Assembly (NCBI RefSeq): GCF_000315625.1 | Contig: NW_005434635.1 | Coordinates: forward strand, 441,071 to 505,070 | Source of the DNA: Guillardia theta CCMP2712 | Lineage: Eukaryota; Protista; Cryptophyta | Direction of reading: 5' to 3' | Length of the DNA stretch: 64,000 nt | Part shown: positions 41,371-54,954 of the stretch, in pieces | Layout of the letters: each line of letters begins with the position of its first letter | How positions within the stretch are numbered: position 1 is the stretch's first letter | Position numbers and translations under genes: made by a program | The notes under the pieces: model-generated | The model's database searches: none | Told to the model about the DNA's origin: nothing | Seen by the model: only the letters and a program-made list of their open reading frames with translations

Positions 41371-41848
41371 TTTAGAATCGACGCGGCACGTTGTGTTGTA
41401 GTAAACGCAGCAGTGAATCTCTCTCGGTCAAATTTCTTCACTTCCTGGCCCATTACCACATGGTTCCGAATTTTTTTTTTTACCTCGGGCCGTAACACGG
41501 TTGAACAGCTGGTAGTACCCGGTGGGCCCGGACCGCCGCTTTCTTCGAGACGAAAAAATGTAGAGTGAAGCTCTACTGAGGCTTTAGTCGCCGAAGTCCG
41601 ATCGGACCGTTACTATGGATGATATAACTTAGTGGGGATCATGAGAGGTGGCCCGGGCTGAGCAGGGCTGAGCACTGCAGGGGCTAACAGAGCCTCGGGG
41701 GCCCGGCGCCTCGGAGGGGCTCATGGGCCCCCGGGTGCAGTGCCAGGGGCCAAGGCCTGGGTGGGGGCCGGGCGCTAGGCTAACTGCTGGCTAACTGAAA
41801 AGGAAACTGAAACCATGTGGGGATGAGGGGTCACTGGAAACCCACACC

Positions 41849-42483
41849 ATGGAGGAAGCAGAGGAGACGGCGGATCGACAGCTGCGACTGCTGGAGGAGG
41901 ACTACAGAAGGACGATCATGGCAGGAAGACAGAGATCAAGAGAGGAGGAGGAGGACACTGAGAGCCGAGATGCTCTGGCGGTGAGCTGAGAGTCACATAG
42001 TGGTGTTGCTGACCGTGGCTGCAGAATGGGTATCATGCGATCAACGGAGGTCTGGAGGAGGGAGAGGAGCAGGACGAGCAGGAGGGGGATGAGGACGACG
42101 GGGAATCGAGGCCTGTTCATGCTGGATATCAAACTCTTGATGGACTCAACGATGAAGCATCAGACGAGGACGAGGACGAGGACGAGGAGGACGAGGAGGC
42201 TGCCTGTGAAACCAGCGAGCAAGAGGCTTCCATGTCCGCCTCTACGAGCGATGAGTCTGGAGAGGAGCGACAGAGGGTTGGAATGTCTGAGGAAGACAAG
42301 GAGTGTATCAGAAACGCCATGAGTAATATCGACATGCAAGCGCCGGAATGGGCGAGGGACATCGATGTAAGTGTTGATGTCGGTTGTGTTTGTGTTGAAT
42401 CAACAATGCAGAATGCCGTCATCCTGCAGCAAGTCAACAGACTTCTCGCAGCCAACAACTTGGGCCACCTCGCATCGCAGTGA
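41849..42483 (+). CDS. MEA1: Male-enhanced antigen 1 (MEA1)-like small acidic protein
   Basis: Acidic protein with a GYHAI motif and C-terminal MSEEDKECIRNAMSNIDMQAPEWARDID..ILQQV, resembling the MEA1 C-terminal signature (..VKRTMAGVSLP..PAWAREISD). Two short introns. Confidence 0.6.
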
Positions 42484-42580
42484 GGTACTCCCTTCCCCTT
42501 CTCCCCCCCCACCCCTTCATTTCCTCGGTCGCTGCTTCGCATGCATGTCGACATTTCACGGTTTTAAGATTTCACGGTTA

Positions 42581-45500
42581 TCAGACAAAGAATACAGAGA
42601 TGCCCATCAGCCCACGTACTTGAGCTGTCCATCTTCGAACACAAACCCTGCAAACAGCATGAGAAGGAGGAGGAGGAGGAGGAGGAGGAGGAAAGAGGAA
42701 ATAGGATGAAGACGAGGAAGGCAAAGAAAACCAAAGGGGAGGGGCGAGGGGAGTAGAGAGCGGCTGACCTGGAGGTAGTTGTCCTCCCCCCATAGCTTTT
42801 GTCCCACTTCCCGCATCCTTTGTCTTCTCCATGCTCCCTCCCGCTGCCTGTCCTCCCGTCTCCTTCCCCTGCCCAGCTGATCCTTCGCTGCTGGACTCCT
42901 GCAGGGCTGAGATGTCCACGAGGTGCTTCCTGGTGGGCTTACCCGATGCGCGACCCCTGAACGGCAGTCAATACAAACACAAACATATAAACACACACAC
43001 GCACATCCTGCCCCTGTCCTGATTCCTACCTACCTCCTGTTCACTTCTCTTCCCTCCATCTTCCTATACTCCTTCCTCCCCCACTTCCAATCCTCCTCCT
43101 CCTCCCTTTTCTTCTTCGCTCCTTCCCTACCTTCGGATCGAAGGGATACTCGCAGCTCCCACACTGTCCGCAGCAGCTGTCACTTCTGCTGCCATGTTGC
43201 TTGTGCCCTGCAGGTCCGTCGACTCCTCTGAGAAAGCTGCAGCAGCAGGTCAGCGGCTAAAGTCACCGACCAAGGAGAAGCGAACATGATGGGAGCGCCG
43301 GTCGGACGCGCGCGTGGCCGACAATGCGAGGCCCTGGAGCAGCAGAGGAGGAGGAGCCAAGGGTGGAACCTCCAGCAGGAGCATGCGAGGGGGTTCAGCT
43401 TCCTTCGCATGCTCAACCGCCTTCTCCTGACGCGTCTTCTCCTCCTGACGAGCCTTCTCCTCCTGACGCGCCTTCTCCTCCTGACGAGCCTTCTCCTCCT
43501 GACGCGTCTTCTCCTCCTGACGCGCCTTCTCCTCCTGACGCGCCTTCTCCCCTGACGCGCCTTCTCTCCCTGACGCGTCTTCTCCTCCTGACGCGCCTTC
43601 TCCTCCTGACGCGCCTTCTCCTCCTGACGCGCCTTCTCCTCCTGACGCGCCTTCTCCTCCTGGCGAGCCATCAATTCTTGGTGTCTCGAAGCCTCTTCCT
43701 TCTTCCCGTCGTCTTTCGAGACTCCCATGCTCGACCCCTTACGTGGATCTTGCGATGCGGCAGCAGGAGCTGGAGAGGGGACGGAGGAGACAGCTTCCAA
43801 GTTTAGCTCGACCGCTGCTGTTGCTCCGCTCCTCTCCCTCCCCTTTTCCGATGGAGACTCAGGCACGGAGCCCGTGGTGCTGCAGCAGGGAACGTCAGCG
43901 GCTCTTTCACGTTCCTTCTCCTCCTCACCCGCTGGATGGGGCCATGGAAGCGCTCTGCTCAACACGTTCTCAGCTCCTCTGCACCTTCCCCGCATGTCAA
44001 ACCTGAATGACTCGAGAGCTCGCAGCTGGGGTCATGCTCAGCATGTTCGACAGCTCCTCCGGGGGGAAGACTTTGAGAGCGACGTACTCCTGCGAAGCCT
44101 TGTGAACTCTTGCACTTGCTCCATCCGCTTTTCTTCCTCTCCCCTTGTCCCCCCATGCTCCTCTCTCCCTAGGAGCGTTTGCCCCTTCTATCCCGCGTCA
44201 CATTCCCCTCCCTCAACCTGACTGTTGAACTCTGCAAGCAGGTAGGTGTGGAGTCGAGTGTAGGCCTGACAGTGGATGAGAAGGAGCGAGAGAAAGCGAA
44301 GGGCAAGAGGAGAGGAAAAGAGGAGGAATAAGAGGAGTGACGGGAGGAAAGGACAGAAAGGATGAGGGGAGAGAAGAGGAGAGAGGAGGAGGAAGAGGAG
44401 AAGGGAGGAGGAGAGGGAGGGAGCGGGGGGGAGGAGAAGAGCACACACCTCGAGGATGTTGGCTTTGATGGGATTAATCAGCACGCTCCTCGTCTGCACA
44501 TGCGTTTAATGTGGGGCAAGGAAGGGAAGGAGGACAAGTGAAGCAGGAACATAGGGCAGAAAGGATGGGAAAGGGAGGCACGAGGACATGGAGAGGAGGA
44601 CAAGGGTGGAAGGTTTAGGGTTTAGGGTGCAGGAAGTCCAGGAGAACGACTAGGGAGACGAAGACTGAGCTGAGGTTGAACCTGCGGGTTGGGGAGGTAC
44701 AACTCCATGGAAGCTTGTGTTTCTGTGACCCGAAACGTCATCGAAGTCGAGGATGCGAGGGAGGAAGGAGTGAGAGGACTCGGGACAAAGGAACGAGCTT
44801 GACACGAAGGAGGGGGTGGGGGTGGGGGTGGGGGTGGGGGACTGGAGGAAGAGGAAGGAGAGGAAGGAAAGGAAGAGGAATAAGCAAGACCTGTGCAAAA
44901 CTTGTTGACATTTGCTTTCAGGCCCTGCGCTGAAGTATGAATACAAGTTGAAAAGAGTAACCGAGAGGAGAGGAGAGGAGGCGAGAGGAGGCGAGAGGAG
45001 AGGAGTGGAGTGGAGAGGAGAGGAGAGGAGAGGAGAGGAGAGGAGTGGAGAGGAGAGGAGAGGAGAGGAGAGGAGAGGAGAGGAGAGGAGAGGAGAGGAG
45101 AGGAGAGGAGAGGAGAGGAGAGGAGAGGAGAGGAGAGGAGAGGAGAGGAGAGGAGTGGAGTGTATTGGAGTGTATTGGAGTGGAGAGGAGAGGAGAGGAG
45201 AATGCAGGTCATCCAACAAACCTGCAGGAGTTGCTGGACTTGATCTGGTTGAGCAAACGCGTGGAGTCGAAGAGAAGAATTTCCTCCTCCCGAATGCGCG
45301 AGCGCATCCGCTTTACGCACCCACGCTACCAGCGGATCTGCGACCTACCGACAAGGAGAAACAAATGAGGAGGGAGGAGAGAGGAGGGAGGAGAGAGGAG
45401 GGAGGAGGGAGGAGGGAGGAGGGAGGAGGGAGGAGGGAGGAGGGAGGAGGGAGGAGGGAGAGGACTGAGGAGGGAGGAGGGAAGAGGGAAGAGGGAGGAA

Positions 45501-48500
45501 CGAGGACTTTCTCAACCTGACTGGCGATAAGGTGGATAAGAGCTTCACAGCTCAGCTGAGGGGAAAGGACGAGTCAAGCACAAGAGAGAAGCAACGAGGA
45601 GAGAGAAGGAGAGGAAAGGAATGAGGACAAGACGAGCAGAGGAAGGGAAGATGAGATGGGTAGCAGAAGTAGGGAGGAAGAAGGGATGAGAAGGAGGAGA
45701 AAGTAGATGAGGAGAGAAAGGAGGAGGAGGAGAGAAAGGAGGAGGAGGAGGAGGAGGAGGAGTCACCTTGAGCTCTCGCTCCAGCTGTTTCTTGATGTTC
45801 TTCTGAGAGTGATAGAGCTGTTGGCACAATCCTCATTCACCCTGTCACTTCATCCCCTCTCCCTCACTTTGGGTTGAGCTCGGGCGAGATGAAGGAGCGC
45901 GTTGTCCTGCGGAGGCGTCAGTTGCCTCGCTCCTCCTCCTCCTCCTCCTCCTCCTCCTCCTCCTCCTCCATTACCGTGCTAAGCGAGAAGATGCTGGAGC
46001 GAGACTTGAGGAGGCGGGAGAGAGCGCCTTCAAGAGGAGGAGGACGGTGAGAAACTTCGAACGTGTGCTCTAGGAAGGGGAACCTCGAGTGTCCGTGAAG
46101 TCCAGCTCAACCTCTGCTCGACATCGTTAGCGCCTCCTCCTTCTCTCGTTGCCTCCTCACCCGTGGAGGCGAAGTCGATGTCGAAGGGAACGATCTGCGA
46201 TCGAGTCACGCACAGCAGACGAGCACAGGAGGCTGGACCTGCTCCCGGAGCTTCAGGAGGTGCATGACTAGGAACAGGTTCGCTTCCATCCTCCCCCTCG
46301 TCTTCTGCCATCCTCAACTCGTCAGCCTCCCACCTCCTCCGTCACTCTCCGACCTCGAGAGTCTTGCAGGCCGCCAGCAGAGACTCTGTACATGCTGGAT
46401 ATGGATATCCTCGTCAGAGAGAGGAGGGAGAGCGACAGCGAGAGAAAGAGCGAAAGCGAGAGCGATGATGGGGAAAAGGAGGAGGAGGAGGAGGAGGAGG
46501 AGGAGGAGGAGGAGGAGGCTCTGCGGGAGCAGCGAAGGGGAGGAGCTTCTTTCACCTTGCACCGCCTCCTGTGCGATCCCCTCGAAGATTTTCTTCTCAA
46601 CCGTGCGGTACAACTAGACCAACCTCAGCTGAACCTCTAGCTCTCACAGCACGTCACCTGCGCTAGACACGCCAACGTGCGGGGCAGCGTGGGAAACCAG
46701 AAGTTGGGGCCGTTGGATGACAAGCCTGCGATCCATCAGCAGGAGAGCAGCGAAGAAGAGAGATCGACAAAGGAGGGAAGGAAGGAGAAGGAGGGGAGGA
46801 GGAGGAGAGAGGAGGTAAAGAGAGGGAGGAGGAGGAGGAGGAGGAGGAGGAGGAGGAGGAGGCTACTGAAAGATGAATCTGACCATCGCTGCTCTTGTTG
46901 CCAAACTTTGCCGGATAGTCGAGATCCTGCTTGGAGGGGTGGTAGGCCTGCAAGAGGGTTAGATTTGCGATCGTTCACCTTGGGGGCACTGACTTGAATC
47001 TGATCTCTGATGAAGATCTGAGCGCGGAAGATGAGCCGCTCCTGCACCTGCTGCCTGTCAGCCGCTCCTCCCTCCTCCTTCCCGCTCACCTCGTGCAGGA
47101 TCATCCCACGCATGGCGACATGGCGGCAAGACTTGCGCCTCTGAGCAGACGATGTCATGCCATCGACTGAATACCAAGGGAAGAAAAAAAAGAGATGCAG
47201 ACGTAGAGGCAGACGTAGAGGTAGTGGTAGAACAAGGAGAAGTGGAAGAGGCAGAGGAAGGAGAAGTGAGGAAGAAGCAAAGAGGATGAGTGAGGATGGA
47301 GAGACCTGAGCTCGATTTGATCCTCCAAGACTTCTCCCTGCCATGATCTCAGCCGGAGCCAAGAGAAAAGGTCAAGGTCGACGAACCTTGAGCAGCGACG
47401 CGAGGGAGCACAAGACGTCCAGGTCCACAACCTGTCAAGGTCGATCAGCCGATGTGCAGCTGGGGATTCAGGTGTGCAGGAGCTGCAGGAAAGGAGGGAA
47501 GGGAAGTCAAGGCAGAAAATCACCTTCAAGTAGAGAGGACGGAGCGCATCTACCAGCATGTCGCACATGGGACCCATAAGAGCCTCGAGCCCGACGCTAA
47601 GGAGCAGGAGGGTCAAAGAAGAGCAGGAGGACGAGAAGGAGGGTCAAAGAGGAGGAGGAGGAGGAGGAGGAGGAGGAGGAGGAGGAGGAGGAGGGTCAAT
47701 CAGCAGGAGGTCAAGAGCCACCAGGTCAAGGACTGTTCGCACCTCTCTTCGATGGGTGGGAAGAACCTCTGATGCAGCTTGTACTCCCTTGGAGGCAGGA
47801 GGTGAGACGAGTCAGAGGAAAGACGATGTAGACAACCTGTGGCAGACATCGCACAGGTATGCACACCCAGCCCTTGCAATCTGCTGCAGAGTTGAGGAGG
47901 AGAGGAGGAGGAGGAGGAGGAGGAGGAGGAGGAGGAGAGGGCAGGCAGTTCGACCTGTCCGAGATCGCCGTCTCCATCCCTCAGCGCCGCGTTAATCTTC
48001 GACTGAAACATGCCAACTCACTTCACTGGTTCTTCTCCCCCCCACTTCCCCCCCTCCTTTTCCTCTACTCTGTTGTCTGCTCCCCTCTGCTCATCTTCTC
48101 GCCTTTAAGCTTCATTCTTCTCCCACTCTTCTCCCTCTCTTCTCTTCTTTCACTCCCTCTCCTCTCTTCTTTCTCTCCTCTCTTCCTTTCTCACCTTGAC
48201 TGTGTCTTGCAGGAGTGATCGTCGTTGTTGGAAGTATACGTCCTACGTGACATCAGCGATGAATCCAACAGCATCACATTCCCCACCTGAAGATCAACTA
48301 GCAGCGAGTAGTATTCCTTCCCCCAGCTTATTCGTGAGGAGATCTGTCGGACAACGTCACACGTCCCACCTGCTCGCGCGACGATCATGCTTCATACCTT
48401 CTCTAAGACATCGCGAACTCCTGGAGGGAGGAGGAGGAGGAGGAGGAGGAGTAGAAGTCAGCAGGTCTAGCATGCAGAAAGCGGTGGCTTGCCTTGAGCG

Positions 48501-50140
48501 ACAGACTGATACTGCACATAAGCAGCGAGAGCAAGCTCAACGTCCCCTCGAGTCGACGTCTGGCTCGTGTCCACGTCCCCGTTGTGCATGCTTCCTTCTG
48601 CCTGCTCTCCCGCATTCGCTTGCCCAGCGGAGTCTTTCAAGTGTTGCAGGACCTTCTCGGTAGCCGTCTGATCAGCAAAGAATCATTCCTCCTCGACCCG
48701 CCTCTTCTCTCCTCTCCCCCTCCGCTCTTCTCCTCCCTCTCCACTTGCTCACTTGCAGCGTCGCGGTCACGTACGCTCTCACCATTCCCAGCGCCTTCGC
48801 TTGAGCCTGCCAAGGGCGATGAGGTGGAGGCACAGGGGCAGCGGTCGGGGAAGCACCTGCTTGAACCTGTTCAAGTAGCTGCTGGTGTCCGCGAAGTTGT
48901 TGTTCTGCCGAGGGAGGCTGAGACGAGACGAGAGGAGGAACGAGAAATTGTTACCACTGAGAGCTGCCCAACAGCATCGTCGATGGAGTTCAAGACTTTT
49001 TCCTGCGCATATAGATCAGCAAGAGACCTTGAGGACCTCGGCTGATCTCACAAAAGAGGAGGAAGCGACGTCCACTTTCGGCTGTCAATGTGAAGTTGAG
49101 GAGGAAGGAAAGCGAAGGAGAGCGAAACAGATTTCATACCTGACTCAGCTGCCGTTGGACATTCTCAAGCTCGTCATAGATCTGAACTTGGATCAGGTGG
49201 TTATGTACATGTCCCTCCTTACTTGTAGTTTGGTCTCTATGGCTCCTGCTAGCTTTTCTAGTTCCACCTACGAGATCGTATCAGTTCAAGGAGCAAGAAA
49301 TTCACACAAAGGCTAGCCACCTTATCTGCCAGCAGCTTTTCGCATTCCACATGAAGCGTGCTAGTCTTCTCAACGACTGTGAGAGTCGTTAGTGAGAACA
49401 CACCAACCAATCATAGCAAGGATTTGCATGTTACACAAAGGATAACAGACAAGAGATATTTGAAGGTCTTCCTACCAAAATCGTGTTCACTCTGCAATCC
49501 TTGCAACGCTCCCTCAACAGAATCAAGCTTTACACTCGTCAGACGTCCTGTATCTCGTAGCAGGCGCTATTGGTCATACCTTGCCCAGGATTTGATCACA
49601 CAGACTGAGGACAGCGCGCATCCTCTTGTGATGCTCCTGCGGTCTCATCAATGCAAACTACAGACAAGCTTCATCGGCAATGTGAGCATCTGTTCTTACG
49701 TGGACTTCCACCAGTTCCTCACTATCATCCTTATGATCGTCCCTCTGCATCAACTCTAGTCAGACCATCCCACGAGCATCTGAATGGTTTCACCGTTGCA
49801 TCAGCAAGTCGAAGAAATAGCTGGGATATGCCGCCACTGTGCCAGTCATCTGACAGCCATATCCCTTTACACGGACCCAACCGATTTCTCGCACGCACCT
49901 GTTGTTGTCTTCTCGCTGACAACTTCATTCTCCCACTTCTTATTCGCCCATGGTCGCCTACAGACATTCGTTACCTCAAGGTCCATTTCTGACAATTACG
50001 ATCACTTGGAGCAGATGTTTCCCAGGTCTGCAATCAGTTCTTGTTGCTGTATCAGTGAAGTCAGCAGGAGAAAATCAAATCTTTCAATCTTTCATACATC
50101 TGAACTCAGCATCGCGCTAGCATCCCAAGCTATCAATGAA
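42581..50140 (-). CDS. COG3: Conserved oligomeric Golgi complex subunit 3 (Sec34), with a probable low-complexity C-terminal extension
   Basis: VVEKTSTLHVECEKLL, LVDALRPLYL, VQERLIFRAQIFIRDQIQAYHPSKQDLDYP, WFPTLPRTLACL, IFEGIAQEAV, QIVPFDIDF, KKQLERELKLSCE, MELYLPNPQTRSVLINPIKANI. The conserved core ends at ~44002. The 5' end may extend to ~50645. Confidence 0.85.
43424..43665 (-). repeat. 18-bp VNTR encoding (ARQEEK)n, with one 17-bp unit
   Basis: Unit CCTGACGCGCCTTCTCCT x ~13. The ORF track shows the frame switch ARQEEK -> RRRRRV at ~43550. Confidence 0.9.
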
Positions 50141-50756
50141 TGAGGACCACGAGAAAAAAGAAAGCCAAACAAACCTTTGCGACTAGACTTAGATGCGGTG
50201 TACTTGATCAATTCGTCTATTTGCCTGCTCGAACGTGTAAGCTCGGTACACAATCTGAACTCCTCTAGCATTTACTGAAGACTGCAACCACCAAATCTCC
50301 CCACATGACATCGATCGAGATTTCTACCCACAAAACATCGATCGAGGTTGCTAGCATTTGTCCCACACTACATGACCTACTTGGAGGTCTCCTCCTGCGA
50401 ATGCTGCACAGGCAGAGGATCGTCGATCTCGTCCGCCTGCTTGATACGTCACGACACATTTGAACGCATCAGGATCAACACAGACCGCGTTGAGATCCAT
50501 TTCTCCCAGCTGATCCTTCACAAATCAGGGCTGAGCGAAAGTCAGGGTATCGAATAACAAGACAGACTCAATCGTAAAGCCATGATGAGGCAACATTTGA
50601 TCATCAGAAATCATAGAGGCATCGTATGCTACTTTCAGATTCCATAGCGCCTGACAGCAACTCTCTTTCCTTCTCTTCTCTTCTGCTCTTCTGACCTCAG
50701 CTTATCTCAGCTCATAGCCAGATAAAGATCATGAGAGTTGTAATGGGAAGGGATGG

Positions 50757-50870
50757 GACGAGATGAGACGAGATGAGACGAGATGAGACGAGATGAGACG
50801 AGATGAGATGAGATGAGATGAGATGAGATGAGGTGAGATGAGATGAGATGAGGTGAGATGAGATGAGATG
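50757..50870. repeat. (GAGAT/GAGAC)n pentanucleotide microsatellite
   Basis: Directly visible. Confidence 0.95.
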
Positions 50871-51610
50871 AAAAATAAATCCCCAGATCACCTTCGACTA
50901 CTTTCCAGGTCTAAATACTCAATATCCTGCTATCAACTCATCGTGCTCTTCTCTTCACCTCATTCTCTGCATCTTTTTCAAGTTCTGACCTCTGTCATAA
51001 ACCCAGCCCCTGCTCAAGCTCTATTTCCCATCCCTCTCTTCTTCATTTCTCTTTATCTCGCCTGTATCCACTATCGGGTATCATCTGCCTCTTTCTGATT
51101 GCTCTCTCTCACTATCGTTTATTCCTCTCCATTGCCATCCCGCATATCCTACTCGCCATCTTCTCCCGCTGCTGCTTCCTTTACCTTGCGCTCCTCTTCT
51201 CCTCTCTCTTCTCGTTTCCCTAGCCCTCCGATGCCTTCTCCTCTCCTTCTCTCCCTCCTCTCCCTCTCCTCCTCCTCTGCGTTCATCGCTTCCTCGAACA
51301 GCATGTCGACCGTCATCAGGTGGAGAGAGGGGCAGCGGGGTGGTACCATTGGAAAATAAGGGGTGGTAAAAGAAGAATCGAGGGGTCATATCAGATTGCA
51401 GAAGGGGTGATACTGGGAAGATGGAGGGGTAGAAAAGTTCAAGGAGGGGGTAGGGGTGAGTCAAGTAAACGGTTATGTAGGTTGTTTCCAGTTATGAAAC
51501 CGTTTCATGAGGTGGGATGCGGGCCAGAAAAAATGCCTCTTCGCTCCATGTACCAAGTTTGATAGGAGGAGCAAGCGAGCGGGAGAGGGGGGAAGCGAAG
51601 CAGAGAGGAG

Positions 51611-51758
51611 GAGAGAGGAGAGGACAAGGCAGGAGAGCATCTGAGAGAGAGGAGAGGACAAGACAGGAGAGCATCTGAGAGAGAGGAGAGGACAAGACAG
51701 GAGAGCATCTGAGAGAGAGGAGAGGACAAGACAGGAGAGCATCTGAGAGAGAGGAGAG
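51611..51758. repeat. 34-bp minisatellite x4 just upstream of the TMEM184 ATG
   Basis: GAGAGAGGAGAGGACAAGACAGGAGAGCATCTGA repeated with period 34. Confidence 0.9.
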
Positions 51759-51811
51759 CAGGTCAGGGTGTTTGAGTGCTCGTTCACTCCTGAATCCGAA
51801 GACCGTCAGCC

Positions 51812-53918
51812 ATGCGTTTCTTGTCCACTTGTGTGAACTTCTCGTTTCTCCTACTCCTCGCAGCAGGCTCGGTCAGGTCAGAGGCTGCCGTGGGATCGCG
51901 ATCGTGGGACTCAGCCTTCGGACCTTATCACTTGAGAGGCGATGAAGTGCGAGACATCCTCGCTCATTCCTCGTCATCGTCAGACAATTATTGGGGGAAG
52001 GGGTGGGGGTTGCATGCGAGGCACGGGTCATCCAAGCGTCGAGCCACATGGAGCGTCGCACATCACCCGCAGCTCCGGCTCACAACGCAAGACGCCAAGC
52101 TGCCTGGAGCAGCAAGCACGCAGGCGGGGCACCGGGATAGCGAAGCTTGGATCGTTCCAGCACTGTCACGGGTGATGGAAGGGAAAGTGGTTCCCCACGA
52201 GCGAACAGGGAATTCATTGCTTCCTTCCTCCACTTCCCCCCCCACACCCATTGCTGCTCCTATCTCAGCTCCAGCAGTGGCGATCGGAGCAGGGAATAAT
52301 CAGCATCTGACAGCACGAGGGAGGAACGCAGCTCTGCCTGTCAGGTCAACGACGCTGGGAGAAGCAGAGGAGGAGGCCGAGTACTCGCCTGAGAATGCTC
52401 CTCCCAACGAGCCGCCTGAGGCACATGATAACCTGCAAGAAGATTTCAAAGGGAACGAGGGGTCAGTGAGCGAGGTGGACGTTGAGACGCGGGAGTTCGA
52501 GGACGACATGAAGAATGCCTTTGATTTGAACAAGATCACCTTTGCGCAAGTTCCTTTGCACTACTGGGCATGGTGGATAGCTCTTGTGTTCGCCGTGTTG
52601 ACCTGCTTGATCTCTGGCCAGCTCATCATGGCGCATCTGGAGAAATATGGTAACTCCTGACTGAGTTAGTTCTTATGTTTTTGACTGGTTGAACTTCAGA
52701 GAAGCCAGATGTGCAGAAGTATGTTGTCAGAATCTTATTCATGGCTCCGATCTATGCTATCGATGCCTTTCTGAGCCTGACGTTCGACAATGCTGCGGTA
52801 ATCTTGATGTAGCGAGGAAGTACCGCATGACCCTTGTATTCCCAGCCCTTCCTCAACGTCTTGAGAGACTGTTACGAGGCTTTTACACTTTACAACTTCA
52901 TCAAGATGCTGTATGAGTTGCTCGGCGGTGAGAGGACTGTGATCGAGATCATGTCCAAGAAGAAGCAGGTTCTTGCACCCTCTGGCTCCTTCACCCATCT
53001 CACCTCGCCCTTTCAGATTGCTCTTCCTATTCCGCTTCACTGGATAGAGCCGTGGGCTATGGGGGATGAGGTGGGAAGGAAGAGGGCCGATGAAAGCTCT
53101 TGTTGACACTCATGGAATATCAGATGTTTTACAACTGCAAGTTTGGAGTCTTGCAGTACATCGTTATCATCCCCATATGCGCCATCGTCACCTTCATCAC
53201 GGTAGCGGTGAGTTGTCTCCCGAGGGTGTCCCGCCGACGTGCCTTGTGACTGGGTGAGGCAGGCGGGGGCGTACGAGGGGCCGGAGTGGTACACGATGGA
53301 CTTATGGATCACCATAGTCAGCATCGCGTCGGCAACGTGAGCTGAGGGCGCTGGTGCTGGGCAGCTGCTGACGTGGCGGCGGCAGGTGGGCGATTTATTG
53401 CCTCATCACTTTCTACCTGTCGATGCAAGAGGAGCTTGAGGCCTCTGTGTCGAACGCCCTTGGGAAGTTTCTGGTGGTGAAGGCAGTTGTCTTCTTGTGC
53501 TTCTGGCAGGTAACTCAGCTTCCCGTCCTCACTGTCTTGCTCCTCCTCATACCTTCCTTTCCTCCTCTCCTGTCATTGCTCGGCAAGATCCTCCCTTATG
53601 CTGCCGTTTGACCTCTCTCTCTTGCTGCTTGCTCTCGGCCACCTTCTCCTCCCCATCTTGCTTGACGCTGTTCCTCTGCAGGGCGTTGCGCTCAACCTGG
53701 TCCTCATCATCGGCTACATCCCTGAGACGACTCAGTACTCGGCGAAACATTTCGTGGGGGCGATCGAGCAGTGGCTGATTTGCATGGAAATGCTTATCAT
53801 CGCCATCTGCTTCTATCTTGTGTACCCGGTGGAGGAATTCACAAACAAGACTGAGATGCAGACACGGACCTACGGGAGCACGGGAAAGAAACAGGAGGAG
53901 GGCACGAGTTTTGTATGA
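51812..53918 (+). CDS. TMEM184/organic solute transporter alpha (Solute_trans_a) family 7-TM protein with a long N-terminal extension
   Basis: HLEKYEKPDVQKYVVRILFMAPIYAIDAFLSL, LRDCYEAFTLYNF, CKFGVLQY, AIYCLITFY, KFLVVKAVVFLCFWQG, LICMEMLIIA. The exact stop is uncertain. Confidence 0.9.
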
Positions 53919-53950
53919 TAGGAGGGGCAGCAACTAGGTGAGGTCAAGAT

Positions 53951-54895
53951 TCATTCAAGTCGCCGATAAAGCCTAATGCTGAACTTCTTCAAGCTGCCAC
54001 CGGATGTCATGTGGGGGGAGAGGAGGAGGAGGAGGAGGAGGAGGAGCACAAGTTCAGGGGAGTAGGAGGAGGGGGAGGAGGAAGTAAGAGGGAGCGGGCA
54101 AGGGGGTCGATACCTCTCGCCTTCTTGTGGTGGCCGAAAGAACTTGAGCAAGACCGGCGTTCCTGAAGGACCCAGCACGCGCTTGTACCACCACAAAATC
54201 TTCTCTGCCCTGCTGAAGAGTTGAAAATCTTCTCTTCTGCCCCTGCTCCTCCCCCGCCCTCCCTTCTATCCACCACCATGTCCATACTCCTCCCTGCCTC
54301 CTCCTCCTTCTCCTCCAGTACCGTCCAGCTTGCAACGTGTGAGGCTGATCTTCTATTCTCTCCGACTCCACGCCTGCCAACTCTTAGATGAGATGGGAAC
54401 GTGGTAGAGCGGAAGAGAAGGGAAGGGGAATGACGGTGCGGACAGGAAGCGGAACAAGTAGGAGGAGAAGAAAGGAGGAAGGGGACAGGAGGAAGATGAG
54501 AGAAAGGTCACAGTGAGGAGTGAGGCGGCAGAGAGCAAGGGGGAGCAAGTGCAGGACCGATGAGTTTATCTCCTGTTCTGATCTCCTTGCTGTCATAGGC
54601 AGGAGAGTTGGGAAGGACTTCGACGACCTGAAGTTGAGCATGAGAACAGTCCTGGGGAAAGAGGCGAGGAGAGGGGATGAGAGGGGAGGGGAGAGGAGAA
54701 GAGAAGAGAGGAGAGGAGAGGAGAGGAGAGGATAGAGGAAAGCGCAATGAAATGGAAGCAGGACGAGAGCAAGATCAGGGAGGAGGGAGGAGTGAACATG
54801 CAGGAGGGAAAAGTTGGAGCAGGAGAAGCAGAAGAAGACGCAGAAGAGAAGGAGGAAGAGAAGCAGGATGAAGGGCAAGAGGAAATGGGAAGAGA

Positions 54896-54954
<59 letters not shown>

